The position numbers and the translations under genes are program-made. Below, one piece after another: positions 9,028-19,383 of a DNA stretch of 64,000 nt. The DNA is from a virus, in IMG/VR virus record IMGVR_UViG_3300027631_000002, positions 1-64,000 of that record; one strand, given 5' to 3'. Under the pieces are notes generated by a model. It saw nothing but the letters and a program-made list of their open reading frames with translations, searched no databases and was not told the DNA's origin. How positions within the stretch are numbered: the stretch's first letter is position 1; the number at the start of each line of letters is the position of its first letter.

Positions 9028-9084
9028 TTACGACCCAGATTTCTCTGTGTGATGATGTAGTTTATATGTTGTTTTCATTTTCAT
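9028..9084 (-). promoter_or_regulatory. histidine attenuator leader peptide MKMKTTYKLHHHTEKSGS*
   Basis: Three consecutive His codons. The leader 3' end AAATCTGGGT is complementary to the terminator 5' arm. TATATTTG (-7) box at 9089-9096. Confidence 0.8.
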
Positions 9085-9151
9085 ACTGCAAATATATAAC
9101 TTTTTATTTAATTATACAAGTAAAGTTTAATTTTTCATCAAATATTATTGT

Positions 9152-9856
9152 TTACTCTTTAATTTTATTATCAATTGCCCAATCATTATTAGCAGGGAAA
9201 TATAAATGTGTAGAAATCCCATCAAAGTATATACTACCACTTCCATCTGAAAATGGTGATTGAGAACTCCAAGTTCCACCTATTATAGATGCTATATGAT
9301 TACCTGTACTATCAATAAATGTAGTATTTGATGATGTTACTGATAATAGTAAGTTTGTTTCTGTGTAGCTCATTGGATTTAATGGTGTTGTTGATGGTGT
9401 AAAATTACCATTATATTTTGCAATACCTTTCAAAAAGTGGAAGTTAGTTAAGTAACCATTAAATTTTTGACCAACACCACCACCAATTTGTAAATCACTT
9501 GTATTATCTTCTATTAGTCTGTTATTATTAGCATTAATAACTCTTGTACCATTATAATAAAGTTGTAAAACATTGTTATTTCTAACTATTGCAAAGTGTA
9601 CCCAAGTATTATATAAATTTGATATAGTAGAGAATATATAATCTGGTGAGCCATCTGTCCAAACTGCTAGTACATTTCCTTGAAATTCCTCACTAAATCC
9701 AATTTGATCAGTTGGATTATCACCAACATTAAATAATCTATCAAAACTACCAGCACTTGCTGTCATTTTTTGCCACCATTCTACTGTAAAGTTATTTTTA
9801 GGTGTAGGTGGTGTACCACCACCAGTAAAACTACTTCCTATTATTGATTGTATCAT
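9152..9856 (-). CDS. LamG/concanavalin A-like domain protein, probably virion/tail-associated
   Basis: FTVEWW, WVHFAIVRNNNVLQLYYNG and FNGYLTNFH. Shares N-terminus MIQSIIG with 10797..11909. Confidence 0.8.
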   Translation of the reverse strand: MIQSIIGSSFTGGGTPPTPKNNFTVEWWQKMTASAGSFDRLFNVGDNPTDQIGFSEEFQGNVLAVWTDGSPDYIFSTISNLYNTWVHFAIVRNNNVLQLYYNGTRVINANNNRLIEDNTSDLQIGGGVGQKFNGYLTNFHFLKGIAKYNGNFTPSTTPLNPMSYTETNLLLSVTSSNTTFIDSTGNHIASIIGGTWSSQSPFSDGSGSIYFDGISTHLYFPANNDWAIDNKIKE

Positions 9857-10490
9857 AGTTTATTTTTTTCATAAAATATTTTTCAATTCTTTTACTTAAT
9901 CTAACATTAGGATCTTCATCAGTTCTTCCTAATACACTATATGGTGTTAAAAAACCCATACTTAGAAAAATTCTTCTTGATGTAAAAGGTTCTGTCCAAT
10001 GTTTATATAAAGAAGCTTCAAAACAATACATATCTGTAGCTTTTACTTCAAAAACATCTTTATCTATATAAAAGTTATAATCTTCTGCTAAAACACTTAT
10101 ATTACATTTATAGTTTATATATCCTTCTTTAGATACATCATAATGTGCATTTATTTTTCCGCCTTTATTCATATCAACAACTTGTACAAATGAATTATCT
10201 GTTGGTAAATTCATTTCATTGGCAACTCTTTTAATAATTGATTTTAAAAAGTCAGGTAATTCTTCTTTATGAATTTCTGATGCAGATTGAAATGTTGTAA
10301 TATAATTTGTTAGTGGTGTATCTGATATATCAAACATATGAGATTTACCTTTTAATTCTTTAGAAAGTTCAGTAATATAATAATTACTTTCTCTACTTTT
10401 GAAATCAATAGTATTAACCCATTCAGTTATTAATTTTACTTCTTCATTTGAAATAAAATTTCTTTTTATTTTATAATTTTTAGATTCCAT
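9831..10490 (-). CDS. 2OG-Fe(II) oxygenase
   Basis: HYD...H (AHYDV, LYKHW) and RR motif in the last strand. Confidence 0.75.
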   Translation of the reverse strand: MESKNYKIKRNFISNEEVKLITEWVNTIDFKSRESNYYITELSKELKGKSHMFDISDTPLTNYITTFQSASEIHKEELPDFLKSIIKRVANEMNLPTDNSFVQVVDMNKGGKINAHYDVSKEGYINYKCNISVLAEDYNFYIDKDVFEVKATDMYCFEASLYKHWTEPFTSRRIFLSMGFLTPYSVLGRTDEDPNVRLSKRIEKYFMKKINYDTINNRK

Positions 10491-10780
10491 TTTGATAAAA
10501 ATTCTTTTGGTGATCCTTCTTCTATTACTGAATGTTCTTGAACAGATAATAACTTATCATAACCTGTTTGGTCAACATTAATAAAACAAAACCAATGTGT
10601 TGCAGGTAATTGACCTGTCTCAGAAACTGGAATACTTAAATGTCCTTTAGGTAATGTTTCTTTATATGCTTGTAAACCTGGATGTAATATAACAGGTTTA
10701 TTGGTAGTTACTAATACACCTTTACTATTTTCTCTTGCTAACTCTACTTTAGAGTCTTCACATAATATACATAACTTCAT
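10466..10780 (-). CDS. hypothetical protein
   Basis: 104-aa ORF within the structural cluster. Confidence 0.6.
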   Translation of the reverse strand: MKLCILCEDSKVELARENSKGVLVTTNKPVILHPGLQAYKETLPKGHLSIPVSETGQLPATHWFCFINVDQTGYDKLLSVQEHSVIEEGSPKEFLSKWNLKIIK

Positions 10781-10796
10781 ATTATTTTACTTATTT

Positions 10797-11909
10797 TTAT
10801 TTATTTATAATATTTGTATATAAATATTCACCTCCTTCAACAGCTAAAGCAACAGAATATAAGTAATCTGCTTCACCAGTTTCTACATTTAATTCTCCAA
10901 TACATTGAAGTGAATTATTTGTTTCTTTATCATTCACAATTAAATTACAATATATTCTACCATCAACATTTATAGCACTAATAATAAACCAAACTTTTGA
11001 CATACTAATACCTGGAATATCATTTATAAAAACTTCATTTGTTAATTCAGTATTAAATACTCCAGCATTAATATCATACCTACCTATAGATGACAGAAAA
11101 CCACCTGTTCCAGTACATACACCCCATGTATAACCATTATATTCAAATAAACTTGTTGGATAATAATCATCATCAACACTATGTACAGATAATAATGTTG
11201 TGGTTTGATTAAATGTATCTACCATATAAGTTTTGGGTAGAATAAAGTTATTTTGGTTATCTAAAAATAAAAATCTATCTAAACAAACAAATTGATTATT
11301 ACCTAAGTAATGCATGGATGTTGGTGATGATGATGCGTTAACACTATCTACTGTTATGGTAATACTTTGTGATGATGTACCACTAAAATTATCAGCACTT
11401 ATAGTAATTGTATCTCCAGATTTATATAAATCACCTGTATTATTAGTAGAAACACTTGAGACCGTTCCTCCACTAACAATAATATCAAAAATTGCAGCAT
11501 AACCAGAACTTGTTCCACTTCCTGTTAATCCAATATAAGTACCCGATTGCAAACCTGCAAGGCTAGTAAAACTGAAATCATCAATAGCACCTCCAATACT
11601 TCCTAATATATCAATATCTAAATATGTAAGATTTCCAAAATCATCCATCTTACCAAATAAAATTGAATTTGTTGGACCCGAAATATCTCTACTTGAAAAA
11701 TATTTGAATCCATCATTTGGATTATTTGCAAATACTGTAGGTCCATAAAAAATACCATTTGTTGTAAATGCAGTAACTGTATTATTGGATTGTAAGTTAA
11801 ATAACATATAATCATCTGGTGGTGTAGTTGGTGTACTTTTTAATCCAAATATTAAAAAGTCTGTTGTAAATCCTCCTTTAAAACTTGTTCCTATTATTGA
11901 TTGTATCAT
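10797..11909 (-). CDS. putative virion structural/tail-associated protein
   Basis: Gly/Ser/Thr-rich module (GGTVSSV...GDLYKSGDTITI) similar to repeats in 11989..16269. TAATATATA box at 11914-11922. Confidence 0.55.
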   Translation of the reverse strand: MIQSIIGTSFKGGFTTDFLIFGLKSTPTTPPDDYMLFNLQSNNTVTAFTTNGIFYGPTVFANNPNDGFKYFSSRDISGPTNSILFGKMDDFGNLTYLDIDILGSIGGAIDDFSFTSLAGLQSGTYIGLTGSGTSSGYAAIFDIIVSGGTVSSVSTNNTGDLYKSGDTITISADNFSGTSSQSITITVDSVNASSSPTSMHYLGNNQFVCLDRFLFLDNQNNFILPKTYMVDTFNQTTTLLSVHSVDDDYYPTSLFEYNGYTWGVCTGTGGFLSSIGRYDINAGVFNTELTNEVFINDIPGISMSKVWFIISAINVDGRIYCNLIVNDKETNNSLQCIGELNVETGEADYLYSVALAVEGGEYLYTNIINK

Positions 11910-11988
11910 ATATTATATATTATTTTTAATAAAGAAGCAATTGTTTAAATTAGACAATTGCTTCTTATTTTATTACATTTTCTTATTT

Positions 11989-14900
11989 TTAATCAATGTT
12001 TAATCCTGCACCACTTACCATCCATTTATCTATACCAATTTTCAATAGTGTTGCCATTGAATTACTTGGAATATAGAAGTTAGTACTATAATCATCAAAT
12101 CCTGCACCCCATAATTTAGTAATATTGGAGTCATTTATATAGAAATATGTATTACTATTACCGCTAACAATAGTAATTGCAGTTCCGATAGGGAAAGCAA
12201 CATTTTCATTTGTAGGAATATAAATTCCATAACCATCACCATCATCTTTATAGATATGTTTCCCAATATCACTAAGTTGTAAGTAATAATCTTCATTGTG
12301 AGGTCTATAGTTTTGTGGAATTACTCCAGCACTTGATGTTTGTTTTGTTCCATCACCAAATATTATACAACTTTCTTCATTTATTTTATCTATATTATTA
12401 TCTATATAATAGTTATTTTCAAATATATATTTATCTCTAGTATATGTTATTGAGTGTGTTCCAGTTTGAGGTGTTATTGATTCATAAAAACTAGATGTTA
12501 CTGATTGTATTACATATTCTCCTTTTACATAACTTGTTATTCCACTAAATTCTTGATCATCGGTTTGTTCTAATGATAAAGTTCCATCGGTTGGTAGATT
12601 TGCAACAAACGCATTATAATAATTATCCGCCATTACATAGGTATAACCAGCAATAGCAATTCTTTCATTTTTAATAGAAATATTGTTTATATAGAAATTT
12701 TCTCTACCACCAATAGTATTATTCCAAACTATGACACCATCACTATTAAGTTTAAATAATCTAATTGAGGTTCTATTAAAATTATTATCATAATTATCTA
12801 CTGCTATATAAATACCCGTACTATCTGTAGCTACTGCAGAATTATTATTTATAAAAGTTCTTTTTTGCCATATCAAATTGCCACCAAATGTTAGTTTGGA
12901 AATAATAACTTCTTCATCATAATCACTATAGTGAGTTGTTATTACACTATTAGTTCCAAATATTGCAACTGATTCGCCATAACAATCATGTTCTAATTCG
13001 TTTAAAACTTTTGTCCATTGTTGAACACCATTTTGATTAAACTTAGTGATAATAGCTTTATCATAATTATAATTACCACCTTTATAACCAACACAATAAA
13101 TATTATTATTCTCATCTGTTATAACTGATTCAAATGTATCACCTTGTACATCACCGATAAGTGTTCTTTCCCAGTTTTCTGTGTAAATATAAGCTTCTCC
13201 ATTAAGAGATTTATAAATAGACCAAGTTCCTGATGCACTAAAATTAACATTTGTTGATATTGTAAAATGTAAGCTTGCTGTAGAACCTGTTCCAGATATA
13301 GATACACCTTGAATACCTCCACCAGTTACTTCAGTAACTGTTAAGATACAATTGTTTGAACTAGTTCCACCAAGTTTACTACCAGGTATAGTAATAATAT
13401 CATTTAAAACATAACTAGATTGTTGTCCCTGAATACTATTCATAAAGTAAGCACCGTTTCCTTGACCTTTGTAAATAATAAAGTTAGCACCGTTTCCTTC
13501 TATTATTGAACCAGTTACTCCTGAAAAACTTTGAGTTCCTGTTCCAACAAGTGCAGTACCCGTTATTTCTGCACTTACTATACCACCATTTAACACATCT
13601 GTTTGTAGAATTGTAGCATCATTATCAGGTGTAATACCACCTAAGCTTGTACCTGGTATAACTATTGGTTTAAGTACATTTATATTATATCCTGTACCAG
13701 GAGTATCTACACTAATAATTGTGTATGATTGATTATCATAGTCTGTTAAAATCGTAAATGATGCACTACTTCCTCCTGGTGTTAGTGATCCTGTTACTCC
13801 ACTAAAAGTATTTATATATTGTAAATTTTCATCTCCAATAATTCCTGTTCCTGCAATAGACCAATTATTTGTATTTAAAGGAATGTCGTTATTAATACTA
13901 CTAGGTGATATTACTAAAGTACTTACTGTACTACCTGCAAGAGCTAAAGAAGTTGTTATTGTCCAAGCTAAATAGTCTGTAGTTTTTTCACCAACTATAA
14001 TTAATTCATTATCAGAGTTAAAGGTCACATCATTTAGATAAATATCACCTTGTTCTGCCAAATCATTAATATCTTTTAGTCTATTTGATATTATAATACT
14101 ACCAGTTTCTGAATCAATTCTTACAATTAAACCTTCTGTGTATTCTGGATAAACTTCACATACAACTACTAAATCTCCATTTACTGGATCTATTGTTATT
14201 GATTTTGCCTCAGTATCATATCCATTATTTTGATAAATTGTTTTTGACCAAAGTTTATCTCCTGCTTTATTAAATTTTACTACAATTGCATCACCATCAT
14301 TGATTTGATAACCTGCAGCATATGTATTTCCATCATCATCTATTACAACTGATGTAAAAACAATATCATCATCATTATTATAAAGTGGTCCTAACACTGA
14401 CATCCATCCTAAAGTATCATTTTCTGGTAAAATTAAATCTTTATTAGATAGTTCTAATTTTTCCTCACCAAAAGATAATGAATTATCATCTGCAATTAAA
14501 ACATTTACTTGTTTTTTAGTATCACTATTCCCATCTGATCCAGAATCACCTGTATACCAAACTTTATCAATGTCAGTATTGATTGCAACCATTGCAAAAA
14601 TACTTTCATCATATAATGTAATATAACTACTTCCAGTACCAAATTTGTTATTTTCTACTACTTCACCACCACCATAATTAATACCATATATTGTGAAGAT
14701 TTGTTCAGATATATCATTATCATAAAAACTATTAATACTGTATGTTCCTACACCACCATTTGTTGTTCCTGTTAATATTTCATATTCACCTTGATTATGT
14801 CTAATTGTTTGACCAACTGATATTGTTCCTGATATAACTTCTGTTACTGTAAGAATATATTCATTTTGATTATTTAATTGGACTTGCTCAACTGAACCAA

Positions 14901-16269
14901 TAACTTTAGTAATACTCTTATCTGTTGTTATATAGTTACCATTATCATACTGATCATCACCACCATCTGATATTTTCATAACTGGCCATGTATTTTCATT
15001 ATTTCTATATGGACTATGATAATCTGGTTTTCCAACCATATCATATGAATTAATAACACCATTCCTTATAGATGTGACTAAAACTGATGCATTATCATTC
15101 CCGCCATCAATAATGTATCCTTCTCCTAAATCAATAGTATAATTTGTTCCACCATAAAGTAATTTTACACTAGTAACTGAACCTGTTGCACTTGTTGTTA
15201 TATAAACATTAGCCCAGCTTCCACCAGGACTCTGTACACCATAATATCCATCGGTATATCCAGTACCTGTACTAAAAAGTTCAAATGTTTTAATAACGCC
15301 ATTGTTGACACTGTTTACGTAGATTGTTGCATCATTATCTGGTGATTGCCCACCAAGAGCAGTACCTGAGATTGTAACTATTTCATCTACTTGAAATCCT
15401 TGTGTAAAATTAGTATTAGCAGGACCACCTTCGCCAAGACTATATCCATAATCTACTAATTTATAGAAACTAAATGTTCCAGATCCTGTTGCACTAGTTT
15501 CATATGGTACATTACTATATTCTATTGCTTTATCTTGAAATACAAAATTCTTATATAATGATCCTGATGGTAAAGAAGACGTTAATACTCCTATATTATC
15601 ATAGAATAAATCTCTTATTACTGTAAGATCTGTGTTAAGAGTGTTATCGGTATGTAATACAATATCAACAAACTTTTCAACAAAATTTCTAATGTCTTTA
15701 ATTTTTAATGGTCTTTTTGTATCAGCACCATATATATTTAAGATAACTACTGTATCACTACCACTAAGTCCAGTTACGTAAAAATCATCATTCTCAGTTT
15801 CTGTAGTTTCATTTTTATAAGAAGCATTTTTACTTTTACTTATAAATACTTGTGTTATATTAGCATCTTCTCCAGATAATCTGTTGATTCCAGCATAAAA
15901 CCCTTTATATCCACCACCATTTAATGTTAATTTGTTATTATCATCTGCAGATAAAATTAAAGGAGATGCAGTTGTTCCTAAATTAATACTGTTTATAACT
16001 AATGATCCATCATGAGTTGATATAGGAACACCACCAACGTAAATCGTTTGTCCAGAAACGTGTAAACTTTTCCATTGTGATGCACTTGATCCTAAGTTAT
16101 ATACACTATCCTCTGCAGGAATAATATCTGTTTCTAGTGTCGTTAAATCTATAGCACTTACTGTACCAGAAATTGCTAATTCTTCTAAATACAAGAAGTT
16201 ATTATCCATTTCTGCAATAGTTAATCTACTATTTTTTTCGCTTCTTAAAGTTAGTGAGTAAGTTGACAT
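11989..16269 (-). CDS. large tail fibre/baseplate-attached structural protein (1426 aa)
   Basis: N-terminal LTIAEMDNNFLYL anchor motif, repeated GxxLGG..P.ND.TI modules, beta-propeller-like segments, C-terminal VAFPIGTAITIV...LLKIGIDKWMVSG domain. Confidence 0.7.
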   Translation of the reverse strand: MSTYSLTLRSEKNSRLTIAEMDNNFLYLEELAISGTVSAIDLTTLETDIIPAEDSVYNLGSSASQWKSLHVSGQTIYVGGVPISTHDGSLVINSINLGTTASPLILSADDNNKLTLNGGGYKGFYAGINRLSGEDANITQVFISKSKNASYKNETTETENDDFYVTGLSGSDTVVILNIYGADTKRPLKIKDIRNFVEKFVDIVLHTDNTLNTDLTVIRDLFYDNIGVLTSSLPSGSLYKNFVFQDKAIEYSNVPYETSATGSGTFSFYKLVDYGYSLGEGGPANTNFTQGFQVDEIVTISGTALGGQSPDNDATIYVNSVNNGVIKTFELFSTGTGYTDGYYGVQSPGGSWANVYITTSATGSVTSVKLLYGGTNYTIDLGEGYIIDGGNDNASVLVTSIRNGVINSYDMVGKPDYHSPYRNNENTWPVMKISDGGDDQYDNGNYITTDKSITKVIGSVEQVQLNNQNEYILTVTEVISGTISVGQTIRHNQGEYEILTGTTNGGVGTYSINSFYDNDISEQIFTIYGINYGGGEVVENNKFGTGSSYITLYDESIFAMVAINTDIDKVWYTGDSGSDGNSDTKKQVNVLIADDNSLSFGEEKLELSNKDLILPENDTLGWMSVLGPLYNNDDDIVFTSVVIDDDGNTYAAGYQINDGDAIVVKFNKAGDKLWSKTIYQNNGYDTEAKSITIDPVNGDLVVVCEVYPEYTEGLIVRIDSETGSIIISNRLKDINDLAEQGDIYLNDVTFNSDNELIIVGEKTTDYLAWTITTSLALAGSTVSTLVISPSSINNDIPLNTNNWSIAGTGIIGDENLQYINTFSGVTGSLTPGGSSASFTILTDYDNQSYTIISVDTPGTGYNINVLKPIVIPGTSLGGITPDNDATILQTDVLNGGIVSAEITGTALVGTGTQSFSGVTGSIIEGNGANFIIYKGQGNGAYFMNSIQGQQSSYVLNDIITIPGSKLGGTSSNNCILTVTEVTGGGIQGVSISGTGSTASLHFTISTNVNFSASGTWSIYKSLNGEAYIYTENWERTLIGDVQGDTFESVITDENNNIYCVGYKGGNYNYDKAIITKFNQNGVQQWTKVLNELEHDCYGESVAIFGTNSVITTHYSDYDEEVIISKLTFGGNLIWQKRTFINNNSAVATDSTGIYIAVDNYDNNFNRTSIRLFKLNSDGVIVWNNTIGGRENFYINNISIKNERIAIAGYTYVMADNYYNAFVANLPTDGTLSLEQTDDQEFSGITSYVKGEYVIQSVTSSFYESITPQTGTHSITYTRDKYIFENNYYIDNNIDKINEESCIIFGDGTKQTSSAGVIPQNYRPHNEDYYLQLSDIGKHIYKDDGDGYGIYIPTNENVAFPIGTAITIVSGNSNTYFYINDSNITKLWGAGFDDYSTNFYIPSNSMATLLKIGIDKWMVSGAGLNID

Positions 16270-16362
16270 ATTTTTATAATAATTTTTTTTATAGAGTATA
16301 TATTTTTTATTAAAAATGTATTTTTGTTATAAAATAAAAAAAGAGAGCTAAAGCTCTCTTTT

Positions 16363-17640
16363 TTATCTTAATATTGTTTGTTTTCTGTCAGGTCCAACAG
16401 AAACTATCTTAATTGGTGTTTCTAATTCTTTTTCTATAAACTCAATATATTCCTTTAGTTCTTCGGGTAAATTATTAAAGTCTTTAATATTAGTTATATC
16501 TTCTGACCAGCCATCAAATCCTATATAAATAGGTTCTAAGTTTTCTGGCTCAATGTTATAAGGAAAGTGTGTAATTATCTCACCTTTATATTTATAACCA
16601 GTACAAATCATTATTTTATCAAATCCAGACAGTACATCACCTTTCATCATCATAAGTTCTGTTACACCATTTATTTGACAAGAATATTTAAGAGCAACTA
16701 AATCTAACCAACCACATCTTCTAGCTCTACCAGTAACAGAACCAAATTCGTTACCAATTTTTGCCATTTGTTCACCTACCTCATCAAATAATTCTGTAGG
16801 AAATGGTCCACTTCCTACTCTTGTTGTATAAGCTTTGAAAATACCATAAACATCTTTGATTTTATTAGGTGCAATACCCAATCCTGTACAAGCACCAGCT
16901 GCAGTTGTATTAGAAGAAGTAACAAATGGATAAGTTCCAAAATCAACATCTAATAATGAACCTTGTGCACCTTCACATAAAATAGATTTACCTTCTTTTT
17001 GAGCTTGATGTAAATACTCTTCACTATCAATAAAAGTAAATTGTCTTAGATAAGCAAGTGCATCCAAGAATTCTTCTTCCATATCTTCATAATTGGTGTT
17101 AAATTGTTTGATAACACTCCAATCTATTAGTTCATCATGTTTCTTTTCTAACTTAGTAAATCTTTTGTGAAAGTCTGGTAATTCTAAGTCACCAACTCTG
17201 ATTCCGTTTCTACCAGTTTTATCCATATAAGTAGGTCCAATTCCTTTAAGAGTAGAACCAATTTTATCTTTACCTTTTGCAGTTTCTGAGGTAGCATCTA
17301 AAAGTTTATGAGTAGGTAGAATTAAGTGAGCTTTTCTTGATATAAGTAATCTTTTTTTAACATCCATATCAAATTTTGCTAGAGCTTCTACTTCTTGTCT
17401 GAATACAACAGGATCAAGTACAACACCATTACCAATTATATTTATTGTGTCTTTATGAAAGATACCAGAAGGTATAGTTCTAAGTACGTGTTTTCTTCCT
17501 TCAAATAGAATTGTATGTCCAGAATTTGGACCACCTTGAAATCTTGCTATTATATCATATTTTGAAGTCATTACATCAATTATCTTGCCTTTTCCACAAT
17601 CTCCCCAACTTAATCCAACTAAAACGTCTACTTTACTCAT
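16363..17640 (-). CDS. purA: adenylosuccinate synthetase
   Basis: GLSWGDCGKGK, RFQGGPNSGHT, EGAQGSLLDVDFGTYPFVTSS, TTRVGSGPFPTE and VTGRARRCGWLD. Confidence 0.97.
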   Translation of the reverse strand: MSKVDVLVGLSWGDCGKGKIIDVMTSKYDIIARFQGGPNSGHTILFEGRKHVLRTIPSGIFHKDTINIIGNGVVLDPVVFRQEVEALAKFDMDVKKRLLISRKAHLILPTHKLLDATSETAKGKDKIGSTLKGIGPTYMDKTGRNGIRVGDLELPDFHKRFTKLEKKHDELIDWSVIKQFNTNYEDMEEEFLDALAYLRQFTFIDSEEYLHQAQKEGKSILCEGAQGSLLDVDFGTYPFVTSSNTTAAGACTGLGIAPNKIKDVYGIFKAYTTRVGSGPFPTELFDEVGEQMAKIGNEFGSVTGRARRCGWLDLVALKYSCQINGVTELMMMKGDVLSGFDKIMICTGYKYKGEIITHFPYNIEPENLEPIYIGFDGWSEDITNIKDFNNLPEELKEYIEFIEKELETPIKIVSVGPDRKQTILR

Positions 17641-17819
17641 TTTTCTTGTTTATTTTTTCTTTTAATATATTTTATCCACATAATAATTATCTGAAGTATA
17701 ACCATACTTCTCTGCTGACAATCTAGCCAATTCCTGTGTCTTAAAAGGTTCCAATATAATACCATTTGCTTCACTACCATGAGCAGGTACTTTTTCATAA
17801 ACTGCATATTGTTCTTTCA

Positions 17820-18053
17820 TTATTCCTCTATTTTTATAAATCGTTGTTCAATTCCACCTCTTTTATTCTCAACAGTTTCACACCATATTGATAAAGGTCT
17901 TGCATAGGTTGACCCAAATGATAGTGATTGGTAAATAACTAAAGGTTCTTTAGTTTCTGTGTGATTTGCTAAAGTGATGATTTTATATCTACCACCTTTG
18001 TAGTGTTGCCAAGTTTCTCCTGGCATAATTCCGTAGTTTAATTCTTGTTCCAT
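17820..18053 (-). CDS. DUF1653-like protein
   Basis: WQHYKGGRYKI...HTETKEPLVIYQSL...ARPLS. Confidence 0.8.
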   Translation of the reverse strand: MEQELNYGIMPGETWQHYKGGRYKIITLANHTETKEPLVIYQSLSFGSTYARPLSIWCETVENKRGGIEQRFIKIEE

Positions 18054-18055
18054 AT

Positions 18056-18439
18056 TTAGTTTGTAAATTGTATCATGTCACCATTATTGAATATTATTCT
18101 AGTTCCATATGAGTTATCATCAAAAATTTGTAGGTAAACTGTTAAAGTTGATCCTTGTTCTGTGAATGTTGCAGATTGATATTTCATACCACCTGTGGTT
18201 TCTCCTTCTAATAGATCTGTCTTTTGATCAAAAAATCTTATACTTCCATCATTCATAATTATTTTAAAGGTTGCTGAGTCTTGATAATTGAAGATAATTT
18301 TATTTTCTGCAGAATTCCATTGAGGTTCTTTATCTTTCTTAATAACACAAATTTTTGAGTAGATTCTGGTAAATTGTGATTGTGCGGAAGAAATTGTTAC
18401 AGTGAATAGTAACAACATAGTAAGTAATAGGTTTTTCAT
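18056..18439 (-). CDS. secreted hypothetical protein
   Basis: Signal peptide MKNLLLTMLLLFTVTISSAQ. Confidence 0.7.
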   Translation of the reverse strand: MKNLLLTMLLLFTVTISSAQSQFTRIYSKICVIKKDKEPQWNSAENKIIFNYQDSATFKIIMNDGSIRFFDQKTDLLEGETTGGMKYQSATFTEQGSTLTVYLQIFDDNSYGTRIIFNNGDMIQFTN

Positions 18440-18456
18440 CGATTGTCTGTTTTTTA

Positions 18457-18726
18457 TTATACTAATTGATGTAACATATGTTGTCTTCTATATTGAATAA
18501 ATATTTTTTTACATTGTTCTATTACTAAATCGCCTTCACTATCAGTATAATGTAAGCTACTGAGCTCTAATTCATATGAAGAATTTTCAGAGTCTATAAT
18601 TAAAATAGGACCTATTGGTATCAAGTTTGTAACGTCAGATTTATAATGATAATCCAAATAAACTATATTATTTGGATATAGTAGTTTAATTTCGTCTAAG
18701 AATTTATTTATTAGTTTATGTTCCAT
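18457..18726 (-). CDS. hypothetical protein with C-terminal motif variant
   Basis: Ends YRRQHMLHQLV. Confidence 0.6.
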   Translation of the reverse strand: MEHKLINKFLDEIKLLYPNNIVYLDYHYKSDVTNLIPIGPILIIDSENSSYELELSSLHYTDSEGDLVIEQCKKIFIQYRRQHMLHQLV

Positions 18727-18792
18727 ATGTATATAATATAAAAAAGTCGAAACTTAGTTTCGACTTTTTTAATTTTATTCTAAAGTTATTTA

Positions 18793-19353
18793 TTAGAATT
18801 TGTAGATTACTCCAAATGTAGGTGTTGTGGTAGTAAATGGATTTTTAACACCATTGAAACCTACATTAAATGTAGAGGTTTGATCATTGTAACTAGCCAA
18901 ACTTGTTAAACTTGTAGTAAGTGCTAAGTTTTGAGTTACAAAGTAGTTTAAACCTAATCCTAAATCTGCAGAAACATAAGATTTAACATCTGCATCATTG
19001 TTGTTATTAACTCCTAATTGAGAATAAACTTTAAAGTTCTGTCCTACATTTAAGAAATAATGTCTAGCAAATAAGCCAACAGAAGTAGAACTACCCGTAG
19101 CATCTTTACCAGTTTCAACTGAGATACCTACTGCAGTTTTGTCAGTTACAAAGTAACCCACAGTTGGTGCAAATGTGTAAGTTGCGTCAACATCTTTTGT
19201 TTTTGTGTAAGATACTGAACCTTCAACAAATTTGTCAGATTTTTTAAATCCTGTTTGAGCAGTTGCGGTTAAGCCTAAAGCTGCTACTAAAATTAATAAA
19301 ATTTTTTTCATTTTTAATTTATTTTTTTTTAATGTGTGGAAAATTCCAGACAC
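18793..19353 (-). CDS. outer-membrane beta-barrel protein (Flavobacterium-type)
   Basis: Signal peptide from MKKILL, alternating beta strands, FAPTVGYFV, GLGLNYFV and C-terminal Phe (GVIYKF). Confidence 0.85.
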   Translation of the reverse strand: MSGIFHTLKKNKLKMKKILLILVAALGLTATAQTGFKKSDKFVEGSVSYTKTKDVDATYTFAPTVGYFVTDKTAVGISVETGKDATGSSTSVGLFARHYFLNVGQNFKVYSQLGVNNNNDADVKSYVSADLGLGLNYFVTQNLALTTSLTSLASYNDQTSTFNVGFNGVKNPFTTTTPTFGVIYKF

Positions 19354-19383
19354 TTCTATTTATATAGAAAAGTTTAAAAAAGT

